Notes under the pieces: model-generated
Told to the model about the DNA's origin: nothing
Database searches by the model: none
Seen by the model: only the letters and a program-made list of their open reading frames with translations
Made by a program: the position numbers and the translations under genes
DNA from: Amphiscolops sp. MND2022
Taxonomy: Eukaryota
Length of the DNA stretch: 64,000 nucleotides
Direction: 5' to 3'
NCBI GenBank assembly: GCA_964187785.1
Contig: OZ076409.1
Location: forward strand, 79,858,001-79,922,000
Shown here: positions 25,226 through 36,600 of the stretch, piece after piece
How the letters are laid out: every line of letters starts with the position of its first letter
Position numbering within the stretch: the stretch's first letter is position 1

Positions 25226-28200
25226 TTGCCGGCCCTGTTTTTCTCCTGAAAAACACTTTCGTAGAACATGGGTGCCAGTTTCACTACTGGTCTTTTGAGT
25301 TTTCCATCTTCCGTTTTCACCAGTGCTGATCTCACTCGCCCATCGCTTCCATGAAAGACTTCTAACACTTTACCCATCTTGTAGTGTGCTCTTTTTACAT
25401 TTTCATCCACAATCCAAACCAAATCATTGACTTCCAGCTGTCTAACGTCTTCTTTATTCCATTTAGATCTCTCATTCCATTGTGGTAAATATTCTCTATT
25501 CCATCTGCTCCAGATCATATCTGCGTATGCTTGTGATACTCTGAATACTCTTCTCAGATCTGTATATCGCTGAGCGTCAGGAATAAATGGGGTTGCTGGA
25601 CTTGCACGTCCTAGCCGGAAGTGATTTGGAGTCAAAGCTTCCAAATCTTCAGGATCATCACTGGCACTAGTCAGAGGTCTCGAATTCAATATCTGCTCGA
25701 CTAGACACATAGTTGTGGATAGTACATCATCTGTCAGTGTTCTGTTTCCGACTATTGCCATCATAGCTTTCTTGCAGCTTCTGACCATTCGCTCCCAAAC
25801 ACCTCCAAAATGCGGCGCACCTGGGGGGTTGAACTTCCATTTTATTTGCTTTAGAGCCAAAGACTGCTCAATATCTGATTGATTCCAAGCTTCTATCCAT
25901 TCTCGCATTTCTCTTGCTGCGCCCACGAAATTTGTTCCATTGTCACTTAGAATGACGTTGGGTTTTCCTCTTCGTGCCATGAATCTCGTAATTGCAGCAA
26001 GACATGCGTCGGCTTCCAGGCTGGGCACGACTTCAATATGCACAGCTCTTGTTGTTAAACATGTGAATAGACAACACCATCGTTTCATTGATTTCCTCAT
26101 GAATCTCACTTCGAATGGTCCAAAATAGTCTACTCCAGTATTGGCAAAAGGGAAAACTCTTTCTTCCAATCTTTCTTTAGGTAGGTCTGCCATGAAAGGT
26201 TGAACTCCTCCAACTTGTTGCTTTCTGCACTTAACACACTTCAATTTCACATTTCTGAGCGCGTTTCGGAGTCCAATTATCCAGTAATTTTGCTGCAAAA
26301 TACTGCGAACATACTCTGTTCCTTCATGATAGTTACTTTCGTGAGCATCTTCAATCAATTTCCTCACTATTGGATGCTTCGCAGATAGCAAAATTGGATG
26401 TTTCATTTCATAACTGGCATCAGCGTGACGCAGTCGTCCTCTTAATCGCATGAGGTTCTCATCGTCCATAAATGGTGATAGTTTGTTCAAGTGATCAAAT
26501 GCCGCCAGGGGTTTACCTGCGGCCAATGCTTGATAACTTTGACAGAAGCTTTCCATCTGACTTTTCCTCAGTAATAGTCGGATCACTTGCTGCATTTCTT
26601 CTGTTATTACCACCTTTCCTTTGATTTTTGATTTGAACCGAAGGCAATAGGCGAAGATCCGGGTCATTCTTCTAAATGAACCGAACTTCTCCCAATCAAT
26701 GTCTTTTTCTTCTGACACGACTTCAAAGACTTGCTCTATGTCTTCTGTTTTCTGCTGAAACAACTGTGGTGAGGTTTGTGGCCAAGCATCTTCCTTTTCT
26801 TGAAGCCATGCCGGCCCTGTGAACCACTCGCTCTTTTCTAATTCGTGGACGGATTTTCCTCTTGTTCCAATGTCGGCAGGGTTTAAGGTTCTTTCGACAT
26901 GTCTCCACTGATCAATAGTTGAACTGTCAAGGATTTCAGCGACTCTATTCGCTACAAACACCGGTTGTTTCTTGTCAGCTCCATGCAACCATTGCAAAAC
27001 GGTTGTCGAATCCGTCCAAAAGAAAGTTCGTTCAACTTGAATGTCGTGTTCGTCTACGATCAGTTGTTTTAATCGGGTTCCATACATAGCTGCTTGTAGC
27101 TCTAGTCGGGGAATTGATTGTTGCTTCATTGGCGCTACTCGGCATTTCCCTAACACATAGGCAAGCTCTCCAGTTTGTTGATCACGAAAGTAGGCAACTA
27201 TGCACATGGCTTCCAGGGATGCATCGGCGAAAATATGCAAGTCCACTACTTCAGCATTTTTCGATAGATATTTTCTTTTGATAGCCATTTCATTCATGTG
27301 ACTCAACTCCGATGCCCAATCCTTGAAAGCAATCTCGTCTTCTGGAGAAACTTGTTCGTCCCACGATTGCCCATGCTTCTTCCAAATTCCTTTGAGCAAC
27401 AATCTCATTCTCAATGTGAAGGGGGAAAACAATCCCAACGGGTCAAACACAGAGGATACGTGAGATAGAACAATTCTCTGAGTGATCTTGACAGGCACCT
27501 CTTTTCCCGTACCGCGGCAAATCTCAAGACTGTCTGACTCCACATTCCACTGGAGTCCCAAGATAGAGGGTGCCAAGGGTTCAGCTTCGAATGTTTTACT
27601 TAGCGCGTCTGATCTATCTTCAGAAGGAATTTCTTCCATTACTTTCTCTGAGTTGCAGATCCATTTCGTTAGTTGAAAGCCACGATCCGCTAAGGATTTT
27701 CGCAAGCACTTATACGCTTCCACAGTTTCTTCCCTCGAAGCTACTGACTTCACAAAATCGTCCATATAGAAGTTTCTGTTGATCAACTTTGCAACCATCC
27801 CATTGTCATCTCTGCTGTCTCGTCCGACTTGTTGCAAAGCGTAGTTGGCACATGTTGGCGAACTCTTAGCTCCAAAAATGTGTCTTCCATACTCATACAC
27901 AGAGATAGGGTCAGTGTGGTTTTCTCTCCACAAAAATCTCAGTACTCTGCAATCAGTAGGGGGTACTTTCACTTGGAGAAACATTGCTTCGACGTCTGCT
28001 GTCAGGGCGATTTCCTTTTCCCTGAATCTGAAGATAATTCCTATCAGCGATTGTAGGAGGTCTGGACCGGCCATCAAGTTATCATTCAGCGAAACACCTC
28101 CGAACTTTGAGGCAGCGTTGCACACTCGTCTCACTTTGTCCGGCTTGTTCGGGTTCAGCACAGGGAGATGCGGAACATACCACTGAAGGTCTGAATTAGT

Positions 28201-29544
28201 GTTTTCAAGCTCTGCTTCGTCCAAAACTCGCACAAAGCCCTTTTGTACGTCCACATCAATTGTCTCTTTGTAGCGTTGTTTCAAGTTCGCATCCTTTTCC
28301 AGTCGGCGCTCGAGAGACTTCAATTGACTTACTGCCGAACTGTAATTGTTTGGCAAATGCGGCTTTGCATTTTTCCAAAGTAGCCCGACCTCGTATCTCT
28401 TTCCGTCGAACTTCGTGGTTGCTTTGAGCATTTCGAGGGCTCGCTCGTCTTCCTTGGACCTTCCGGATACGCTGCAATTGGAAGCATACGATTCCATGCT
28501 CCACCAAGACTTCACTTGATCCGCTAACGGGTCCACTTCTGCTGCAACTAGACTTTCAGTTGCGAGCTTTGCTGTCTCTTGCTGAGGCAATGGTCCACTG
28601 AGCATCCATCCCAGCTTCGTTCGCACTGCCCAGGGCTTGGCGTTTCCACACTTTCTATAGTCGATTGCTCTATGCAAGTGGTAGCAATCTTGGCCCAAGA
28701 TGACTTTCACATCTTTCAGGTTGATGGTAGAATCTTTCAGCACTGACAGGTGTGGATATTCTTCCTTCAATTTCTTGAGGTTGTACGTTCGATTTCCTGC
28801 ATTTACGTCGGGATGACTATAGGCCATGATATCTTCTTTGACTTTTCCGTCCTGATCTCCAATCCTGACTCGAAGTCGTTTGCTACTAATATCTGACGTT
28901 CCATGAATCCCTGCAACGTTCAAATCCACTGGCTGTCCCGTCAGATTTAGCGCTTTCATCAGGCTCTCGTCCACAAAGGACAGGCTTGCTCCAGAGTCGC
29001 ACAAAGCGAACGTTTTCACAGTTTTGCTCCCACTCCCTATCAATACTGGAATGACTGGAAGCACTCCACTGCTTCTCATTGAGGACAGGTTGGAGACCTC
29101 ATCGACATTTTCAACATTTTTCTTTTGTTCCACGTTCTTGTATGTTCTGTGTAGCAATCTGTGATGATGTTTTCCGCAACCATTCACATCGCAGAGTCTA
29201 CCAGAGCAATTTCTCATCTGATGTGCGTCTGACAAGCATTTGAAGCACAATTTCAGCTCTTTCGCCTTTTGTCCCCTTTCTTCGACGTTCATCTTCTTGA
29301 ACTTCTCACATTTCCATATTGGATGTTTGCCATCTTTCAGCGCACACTCTCGCTGGTATTTTGAGTTGTCACTGGTTGTGTTTGTTGTTGATGTTGCAAA
29401 CGTGGAGCCTTTGGCCTTTTCCTTGTAGTTCGACTTCGCGCGATCAGCATTCGGGTTTGAAGACAAAAGCAATTCGTCTTGAACATCTGCTATATCATTG
29501 AGCCATTCACTGAACACAGCGAGTCCAGGTTGACACAGGTTCAT
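25171..29544 (-). CDS. BEL/Pao polyprotein (Cys/His gag knuckles, protease, RT, RNase H, integrase), 1457-aa open frame ending inside the 3' LTR
   Basis: CFKCLSDAH..C, ALCDSGAS, RRVCNAAS, TADVEAMFLQV, FGAKSSP, FYMDD, IFADAS, IPRLEL, WTDST, NPADIGTRG, GVDYFGP, SDNGTNF, GGVWERMV, KRPVVKLAP. Confidence 0.95.
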   Translation of the reverse strand: MNLCQPGLAVFSEWLNDIADVQDELLLSSNPNADRAKSNYKEKAKGSTFATSTTNTTSDNSKYQRECALKDGKHPIWKCEKFKKMNVEERGQKAKELKLCFKCLSDAHQMRNCSGRLCDVNGCGKHHHRLLHRTYKNVEQKKNVENVDEVSNLSSMRSSGVLPVIPVLIGSGSKTVKTFALCDSGASLSFVDESLMKALNLTGQPVDLNVAGIHGTSDISSKRLRVRIGDQDGKVKEDIMAYSHPDVNAGNRTYNLKKLKEEYPHLSVLKDSTINLKDVKVILGQDCYHLHRAIDYRKCGNAKPWAVRTKLGWMLSGPLPQQETAKLATESLVAAEVDPLADQVKSWWSMESYASNCSVSGRSKEDERALEMLKATTKFDGKRYEVGLLWKNAKPHLPNNYSSAVSQLKSLERRLEKDANLKQRYKETIDVDVQKGFVRVLDEAELENTNSDLQWYVPHLPVLNPNKPDKVRRVCNAASKFGGVSLNDNLMAGPDLLQSLIGIIFRFREKEIALTADVEAMFLQVKVPPTDCRVLRFLWRENHTDPISVYEYGRHIFGAKSSPTCANYALQQVGRDSRDDNGMVAKLINRNFYMDDFVKSVASREETVEAYKCLRKSLADRGFQLTKWICNSEKVMEEIPSEDRSDALSKTFEAEPLAPSILGLQWNVESDSLEICRGTGKEVPVKITQRIVLSHVSSVFDPLGLFSPFTLRMRLLLKGIWKKHGQSWDEQVSPEDEIAFKDWASELSHMNEMAIKRKYLSKNAEVVDLHIFADASLEAMCIVAYFRDQQTGELAYVLGKCRVAPMKQQSIPRLELQAAMYGTRLKQLIVDEHDIQVERTFFWTDSTTVLQWLHGADKKQPVFVANRVAEILDSSTIDQWRHVERTLNPADIGTRGKSVHELEKSEWFTGPAWLQEKEDAWPQTSPQLFQQKTEDIEQVFEVVSEEKDIDWEKFGSFRRMTRIFAYCLRFKSKIKGKVVITEEMQQVIRLLLRKSQMESFCQSYQALAAGKPLAAFDHLNKLSPFMDDENLMRLRGRLRHADASYEMKHPILLSAKHPIVRKLIEDAHESNYHEGTEYVRSILQQNYWIIGLRNALRNVKLKCVKCRKQQVGGVQPFMADLPKERLEERVFPFANTGVDYFGPFEVRFMRKSMKRWCCLFTCLTTRAVHIEVVPSLEADACLAAITRFMARRGKPNVILSDNGTNFVGAAREMREWIEAWNQSDIEQSLALKQIKWKFNPPGAPHFGGVWERMVRSCKKAMMAIVGNRTLTDDVLSTTMCLVEQILNSRPLTSASDDPEDLEALTPNHFRLGRASPATPFIPDAQRYTDLRRVFRVSQAYADMIWSRWNREYLPQWNERSKWNKEDVRQLEVNDLVWIVDENVKRAHYKMGKVLEVFHGSDGRVRSALVKTEDGKLKRPVVKLAPMFYESVFQEKNRAGNVGASHQQAKKVDLEHAG

Positions 29545-31533
29545 AAGTGAGCCACTTCGTTTTCATGTCCAGTGTTAACTTCCTTGTGGCACTGCCCAGA
29601 ACTCCTTCTGAGTTTAGGTCTCCCACGTAGTTGAATTGTGTCAAAACATTCACGCAACTCGACACTATTCTCGCAAACTTGATCAATGCGGCTCCATCAT
29701 AAGGTTTCATCGGTGGAAAGGAGTAAATTCTCTTTAGTTGAGCATTCACAACCATTTGAGGTTTTCCAAAGTTTCGAACTAGAACGTTCCACGCCACATT
29801 GTACATCTCCGCGGTGTACCCAAGGCCAGCAATCGCCTCTTTGGCTTTGCCCGTGACCATTGTTTTCAGGTGATTCATCTTTACACTGTCGTCCATGTTT
29901 GCTGCGTGGACGGTTGCTTGAAACAGTTGTGACCACTCTGGCCACTCCAATGGGTCACCTGAAAACTCTGCCAGCTTCAATTTTGGCAAGCTGGATCTGA
30001 TGAAATAGTCATCTCTCGCATTTGACACTATGTTATGCCCTTGACGAGGCAGATACGGCTTCTGCGTGTTCTCAAGCTGTGGCACTTGAAATGCACCACT
30101 CGGGATGCCTCCTGACGTAGGCGGTAACCCATTCTGGTCTGCCATAAGGGTCATAGACGGCTTCGTCGAGGCGAACTTCACTTCTGGTTGTGCTGTTACT
30201 CTTTGACTGCCATCACGTATGACAGTCTTTGTTCCGTCCTTTCCAATATCTCGCACAGCGGCTTCGGTGGATATAGTCGGTTTCACTGGAGGATTCAAGT
30301 CCCTCACTAGCGCGGAGCATTGTCCTTCATGCATCGATTGTACTGTTATTACTGGTGCTGAGACGGACGTTTGCTGGTATACAGATGGCACGTTAATCTG
30401 CGAGGCCACGTTTTCAGCTTCTTCTGTCTTGTCCATCCATCCTGAGACTTTCGTCAGATTGTCATCTGGAGTCCCGACTGGTGAGATACTTCGGAAGCTA
30501 GACCCATCACTACTCGACACTTGCGCCATTTGTAGTTCCTTTTCAGCAATTTTGGCTTTGCGGGCCATCTCCTCTTGCAAGCTAACCATCTCATCTTGCA
30601 AGCTAGCTATCTTAACTTCGTTTGCTTCACGTCTCAGTTTCTCTAGGCGGGTTTGAAGTTCTTCTTGCTCTTTCAAAGCTTTTATCTCTAGATCAAGAAC
30701 TCGTCTTGCACTTGATGTTTTTGAAATCACAGAGGTTTTGTTGCTTTTGGTTCTTTTACTTCGCGAATGTATGCTCAATTCTTCTATTGGCAATGATCTA
30801 GTACCTTTTTCCCGCTCTTGGGCGTCATCCGCGTTTTGACCATTGTCTTCCTTTTGCTCGTCGTCTGGTTGTGGTTCTTTTTGTGGCGAGGTACAATTTT
30901 TTCTGGATTTGTCTGCTGTCGAGTTTACACGAGCGTCTGCCAGTCTTTGTTCAGCATCTTCAAGACTTCGCAAAATGGCTCCCTCGTCTCCTGACTTCAG
31001 CAGAGCTTCAATTTTCGTTTTAATGTCAGACCTTTTCTGCAGCAATTCTTGACACGCTGCAGCATAATCTTCTTCGTTGGCGTCATTGCCATTTGCGATT
31101 GAATCCTCCCGCAACTTTTCGTTGCTAACCATTAGTTTATCAATAGCACGTTTCTTTTCGTCAAGATCCAAGTAGTTTAGTATCTGATTTTCGTCTTGCA
31201 ATGCTGACATCAGTATTTTTACCCTTCCAATGGTAGAGCTTTGCTGCTGCAACTCAGCCAATCGGCTCTGCATTTCTTTGTTCACTGTTGAGAAGTTTGA
31301 TTTTCGATTGCCTTAATGAGCCGATCCCTCCTGTTTATGGCATCTGTTCGTCTTAGCAGTAAATCTGCTATCTGCTTGTCGTCAACATTGCTAGCTAGGT
31401 TCTCATCAATTTCTTTGACAGTCTTACCATGTTCAACAGCTGCAGTCCAATAACTCAACGTTTGGGCTTTGTCAGCAGAGTTCTTCAGAAAGTTTTCGAT
31501 TTTGTTGATATCGAACCGTTTTGGTTCTGCCAT
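29507..31533 (-). pseudogene. BEL gag N-terminal region (coiled coil + DUF1759-like), frameshifted at ~31285 and ~29545
   Basis: LPKLKLAEFSGDPLEWPEWSQLF..KMNHLKTMVTGKAKEAIAG..AWNVLVRNFG; ORFs 31282-31533 and 29507-31285 overlap the next frame. Confidence 0.85.
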
Positions 31534-31568
31534 CTCTTCTCTTGTCGATTGAACTCAGTTCCTAAAAT

Positions 31569-31791
31569 CACAATAGCCCAAACTCCCAGAGACACAATAG
31601 CCCAATCTCCCAGAGACACAAAAGCCCAATCTCCCAGGGACACAATAGCCCAATCTCCCAGAGACACAATAGCCCAATCTCCCAGAGACACAATAGCCCA
31701 ATCTCCCAGAGACACAATAGCCCAATCTCCCAGAGACACAATAGCCCAATCTCCCAGAGACACAGTAGCCCAATCTCCCAGAGACACAGTA
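31569..31791. repeat. 24-bp tandem repeat (cacaatagcccaatctcccagaga x~9) in BEL1 leader
   Basis: Directly visible; gives the TIAQSPRD / SLGDWAIV repeat ORFs. Confidence 0.95.
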
Positions 31792-31894
31792 GTCAGAGAC
31801 TCCAAGAATCAGACACTTGTTCTTTCTGGGCAATTTTCTCTGTTGTACACCAACGAGTCGTCTTCTTCTAGTCCGGGTCGTCCACCAACGAGTT

Positions 31895-31912
31895 GTCCGG
31901 GTCGGCGGACCA
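31895..31912 (-). promoter_or_regulatory. BEL1 primer-binding site (tRNA-Tyr-like)
   Basis: Minus strand tggtccgccgacccggac, 2 nt from the 5' LTR; identical to the BEL2 PBS. Confidence 0.75.
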
Positions 31913-31914
31913 AA

Positions 31915-32840
31915 TGTAACGGCTGCTTGCCCTTATCCTGCGCTGAGGCTTGACAAGCTTTACGCCGCCCTGATCCGTTGCTTAGTGCTGTGGACCGTCA
32001 CTAAACAATTCCTGGTTTTCTTGTTTAAAGGACTGTATCTTTTGGCTGGTGGGTCCGATGTGACCCGTGGAATCTCCTGCGATTCCGCTTTGCACTGAAC
32101 TGGATCCGATGTGATCCTGCACACACACACTTCCCTCACTGTATCTTCACGCGCTCCGGCTCTCCAACTATGAGAGTAGCTACTTAGTCGCTCTGACTCT
32201 AGCGAAAAGTTGTGAAGATTGAGAAGTTGATTAATTAGTCTCGCGGTCCTAAGACCCAACTTGACTATAGCTATACAGTGGAGAAAATCTCTATCTAATA
32301 ATGGTATAAATGTGGTTTACAATTCTACAGTAAATATAGAACAAATATCAGTTGAAATATGTGGTATAAATAAAATGACATTTAAGTGAATTATTAAAGT
32401 TATTGGCTATGTAAACAAAGCACATGGTGGTTTTGGCATGTTGACTAGGCGGGCTTTAAAGCATGTTTACACAATGTAAATATCATGAATTTCAACAGAG
32501 TTACATTCTAATGTGGGTCATATGGTTAAATAACAAAGTTTACATTTTTGGTTCAATGACCTTGAACACTACACATGTGAGGGGTAAAGGGGGTTATAAT
32601 GGGTGGATGACCTTGAAACTTGGCCAGTGTGTTTGGGTTATGTACCTGCATGCGTGTGCCAAGTTTCGTGGCTCTAGGGTTAACAGTCTTGGAGAAAACC
32701 CATTTGGGGGGGGGTTTAAAGAATTGTGATGATTGGATTTTCTTCAAATTTTCATCTAAGTTTTTAAGAGTTTAAGTCTTGTTTCTCAACCAGCATGTTC
32801 CAAATCGACTTTCTTTGCCTGCTGATGACTGGCGCCAACA
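31915..32840 (-). repeat. BEL1 5' LTR (926 bp)
   Basis: Repeat of 24299-25225. Confidence 0.95.
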
Positions 32841-33661
32841 ACCTGCTTCACCACCTATCCCAGAATTCGACTGCTAGATGAGTGGACTCACACATTCGAG
32901 GTCCTCTGTTCCCAAAAGCCGCCCTGGGAACTCTGAATACATGGGTCAAAGCCGGCAGTGACAATCGAGCGATGCCCCGCTCGGTATGGCAAGACCTGGC
33001 TGCGATTCAAGGACGCGCGCCTCGCGTGTGCCTCCCCTCCGACAATGGACCCGGACGAGAAATTGTTTACCCGGGAGCCCTATATCCAAATTCAGCCGAA
33101 CATGTCTCGTACGACGAAACTGACTTTTTGCAAGCAGAAGGCGATATCGTGTTAGCATGCCCCGCTGACCTGAAAACTAACTCCGCCGCCTTGCAATACG
33201 TGCTGCGAGAATGTGGCATAGAAAAAGTATTCTCCTTACGGCCTAAGGTGGGCGAGATGCTCACCATCCCCCCTGATGTTAATCCAAACCCCAACCAAAG
33301 TGTTCACCTGCTGATAGTACGAGCAAACCAGCGTGCGCCGCTGCTGACCGATGACTATTTGCACTGCATGACGCACCTAGTACAGCGCTTAATGGACAAG
33401 AGATCCGCACGGGTCCATTTGCCCATTCTGGACCACGAGAGACCTACCTTCTCGTTGGTCAATCTGTACCATGCCCTAGCGAACATGTTCGAGGGTACTG
33501 GTATTCATGTGGTTTTACACAGCCGCGTGTATGTGTCAATATTGAGTATAGGGCTGGAATAGCCTTGTCACTTAAATCCAACCCCTTTCCCCCGTTACCA
33601 TTGCCTGATTGTAATTGCCTGAGTACCCACCAACAGTCATCCTTTTTAGACCTATGAATTA

Positions 33662-36600
33662 ATGGCCTACTGCCCAAGCAACTCCGTGCCTGCAACAGGG
33701 CCTAGTAGTGCAATGCCTCAAGAATCTGCGCGAGCGCAGAGGGTCAATCAGGCCCAATTTGTAGAGGACAGGTTGCGAAATGGCCTTCCGCCAGTGGCCA
33801 TCGCTGGTGTGGCAGCACTACTTACTCAGCTTGACACCATGCAAACGCTGTCAGGCGTGTCACTCTCAATTGTAACTGAGGTAGCGGGCTACCGCCGCGC
33901 CTTGACATGTACCAACGGCGCCTGGGATGGTTACGACCTTACCCATCAATTCCTAGACGAACGATCCACCGTGGTATACGGCCCCAGCCAAGGTACCAGA
34001 TTTGAGCAAGAGGCCTCCTTGCGAATGATGCCTGCCAATGTTCCCTCGTTGCCGCCAATTGTAGCACCAAATTCAGTGTCGATGACGCCAACTTATTCTG
34101 GCTCGCCTGCTTTTGGAGCACCATACGGAACTCAGCAGATTCCTCCAACTAATCAACCAGTCTCTGATCGGGAGCCCTCGGGGTCCCGGTTACCACCTGT
34201 GCCAAACCTGAATCTCATTGGGCGAAGCACTGGCGAACAGGCAGTGATAGTGGCCCTGCAAGCCGTGGCCAATTATCCCAACTCATCCCACTTCGTTCGG
34301 GCAGTAGAACAAAGGATTCCGGGGTTGGCTAACTATTTGCAAGCCGCCGCTCAGCCCTTGGGCTGCGAAACTCCCACCACTCTAGCTGAAACAGCATCCA
34401 TGGACACCGAGACCATAGCTGGACCCAGCAGTAGTACCACGGCTGCCCCAAGTGGCAGTACCGCGACTGGCCCACGTGAAGAAGCTGGACGGAAGCGAGT
34501 AACGGGAGAGAGTGCCGCCTCTGCCCCCACTGGCTCGGTGACGGAAAGTCCAACCAGTCGTCCTCTTCCGGACAAGCGTGCAGATGTGCCTCAGCAACCC
34601 CAGATGAAGAGTGTAGTAATAGTCATGCCCCCATATCGTGTTGGCCACCTTGGCCGAGGTGCGCCCCAACTGACCATGCGAGAGGCCATTGAGCAATATG
34701 GCGACGCGGAGGCCGGCCCTGAAGCGAGCTCCGTGCCCTCGGGCACGGGATCCACCGAGATGTCTTTGGATGTGCCTGAAGCAATTGAGGAAGCCAGCCC
34801 GCCAGCCTTCCTACCACCATCCGACGATGTGTCTGGCTCTGTAGCAACCAGCGACAGTAAGCGCATTTGGATGGCCGCAGAACGTCTGTATCCGAACATG
34901 TGTGCAATCAGAAGGAGAGCGCCCCCGACAGAAGCTGACCAGAACGAAGTGAACCGAATCACTATCGCTGCACAAATCACACGAGTACTGCGTCCCCGTG
35001 ATGCAGATATGTCCGAGCAAGCTTGGGAGCAGCGTGCTCGAGAGCAACTGCCCATGACGCCTAACGACTATATGGCGCCCCTGCAACACAACATTACCGA
35101 GCAATTTCCCGCGCTGTACACACTGCGAGATGGTGAAACATGGGAAGCAAAAACCCGCTATGCCCGTAACATTGTTTCCATGAAACCCCTACTGAAGGCA
35201 GCTTTGCAGCGCGCGCGCTACTGTGTGGCAGTGGACTCCACCTGCAGAAGCGACCTACCCATCGACAACCTGATGCCCGACGTACTGGTGTTGACGATGC
35301 CCTTGTCCCGTTTCGCCGAGGTTGCTGAAATGATCAGGGTAATGTACGACCCGAACCTGAGAGGGTCACTGAAAGAGCCGCCCCCACAGAGAGTGATCTT
35401 TGCCAATCTGCTGGACCACATGGCGTGCGAAGGATTGTTGCGTGACCTGGATACCATCATGGGTGACACCCGTCGACCTGGAAACGTCGCTACCTTGGTG
35501 AACATCGTTGCGGATGCGATGGAGCGTGCCGCAGGGATCCTTCGGGGTCGCCTGGGAGCGCGAGCGCTCTTCGTATCCCCGCCAGGATTCATGTACTGGC
35601 AGCAGAGTTTGCAACAGTTCGTTTATATCCTGTTGGAAGTGTGCAAGGCACGCAGGATTGACTTTGCCATCTGCGCACCAAACCTTAGGGTGGATCATGG
35701 AGACCTCCGCCCTGACGCACTGTCATATCCAGCCTTCTTCGCTGCCATATCCTGTAGAGCGTTCGGGGAATGTGCAGTTGACCATAGACGACGCCGTGCT
35801 CTTCGACCATGGAATGCATGGGAAGAATGGCCTTCGACCTGGATGGCAACCGTGTCATGCGAGAGTCCAACGTAAGTGAACGAGAAGCTGTCCGTCGCCA
35901 TAACTGGCTGGTGCGTAAAGACAAAGAAGTCCCCGTACGTGCAGAACTAGCTGAGTTAGTGAAACAAATCGAAGCATGGCCTGCTGCGCGCACGGTCGAG
36001 CGAACATTCCCTCATATTCACTTTGCTACAGGAATCGAGCCCGTCAAGCTGCCCGTGGGCATCAGGCACATCGTGGCCAACGAAGCGACCAACCTGAAGA
36101 ACGATGTAGATGCAGCTAGTATTACCTACGCCCACTGGTACCAGGCCAGATTCGTGAACAGAACCTTGGCGGAAGTGGCTCGAGAGCACGACTGCCCCCT
36201 GGAAGCCTTTTTTACCAGTCTCGGTCTGGGCTGGAACATCGATGTAATCGCCGCCGAGTTCTCGCTCACCAATGTGCAGGCCGACAAACTACTGGAAATC
36301 ATCGGCGAGGCTACCGTAGGAGAAGTGTTAGCGCTCGCGCTAACGATGGGCCCGACAAAGTTTGTGGCTGGCCCTCTGGCCATCCTGATTGACATCGTGA
36401 CATCCGGTGACCTAATCACTTTCTACAGCTATCTGGTCCTTGCACAGGGACAACTCCGCAGCCTGACCCGCTGGGGTCACCTCATGAATTCCAAGGACCA
36501 GCAAAACTATTCCGCCCAATTGGAGCGCATGCGTGCGTCGATCCAACATTGGTTATACTCCACCCTGGTATTCGCCTCTGGTTTATTCGTAGGCGTGGAC

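Larger units (their letters stand above)
24299..32840 (-). mobile_element. BEL/Pao LTR retrotransposon (8.5 kb), near complete, nested in Gypsy
   Basis: LTRs 24299-25225 and 31915-32840; 5-bp TSD acctg (24294-24298, 32841-32845); Pao-type gag-pol. Confidence 0.96.
23682..33562 (+). pseudogene. Gypsy extra ORF with two macrodomain-like (TARG1/OARD1-like) units, split by BEL insertion (parts 23682-24298 and 32846-33562)
   Basis: Removing the BEL and its TSD restores LELIITC/FTTYPRIRLLDEW; second unit VSYDETDFL..DIVLACPADL..RPKVGEML..VHLLIVR..VHLPIL..MFEGTGIHVVLH aligns by eye to the TARG1 pattern. Confidence 0.6.

Noticed and set aside
31569..31791. Repeat-protein ORFs (TIAQSPRD, SLGDWAIV, SGRLGYCV) or a CRISPR array
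   Set aside because: A stop-free 24-bp tandem repeat is open in several frames; no spacers
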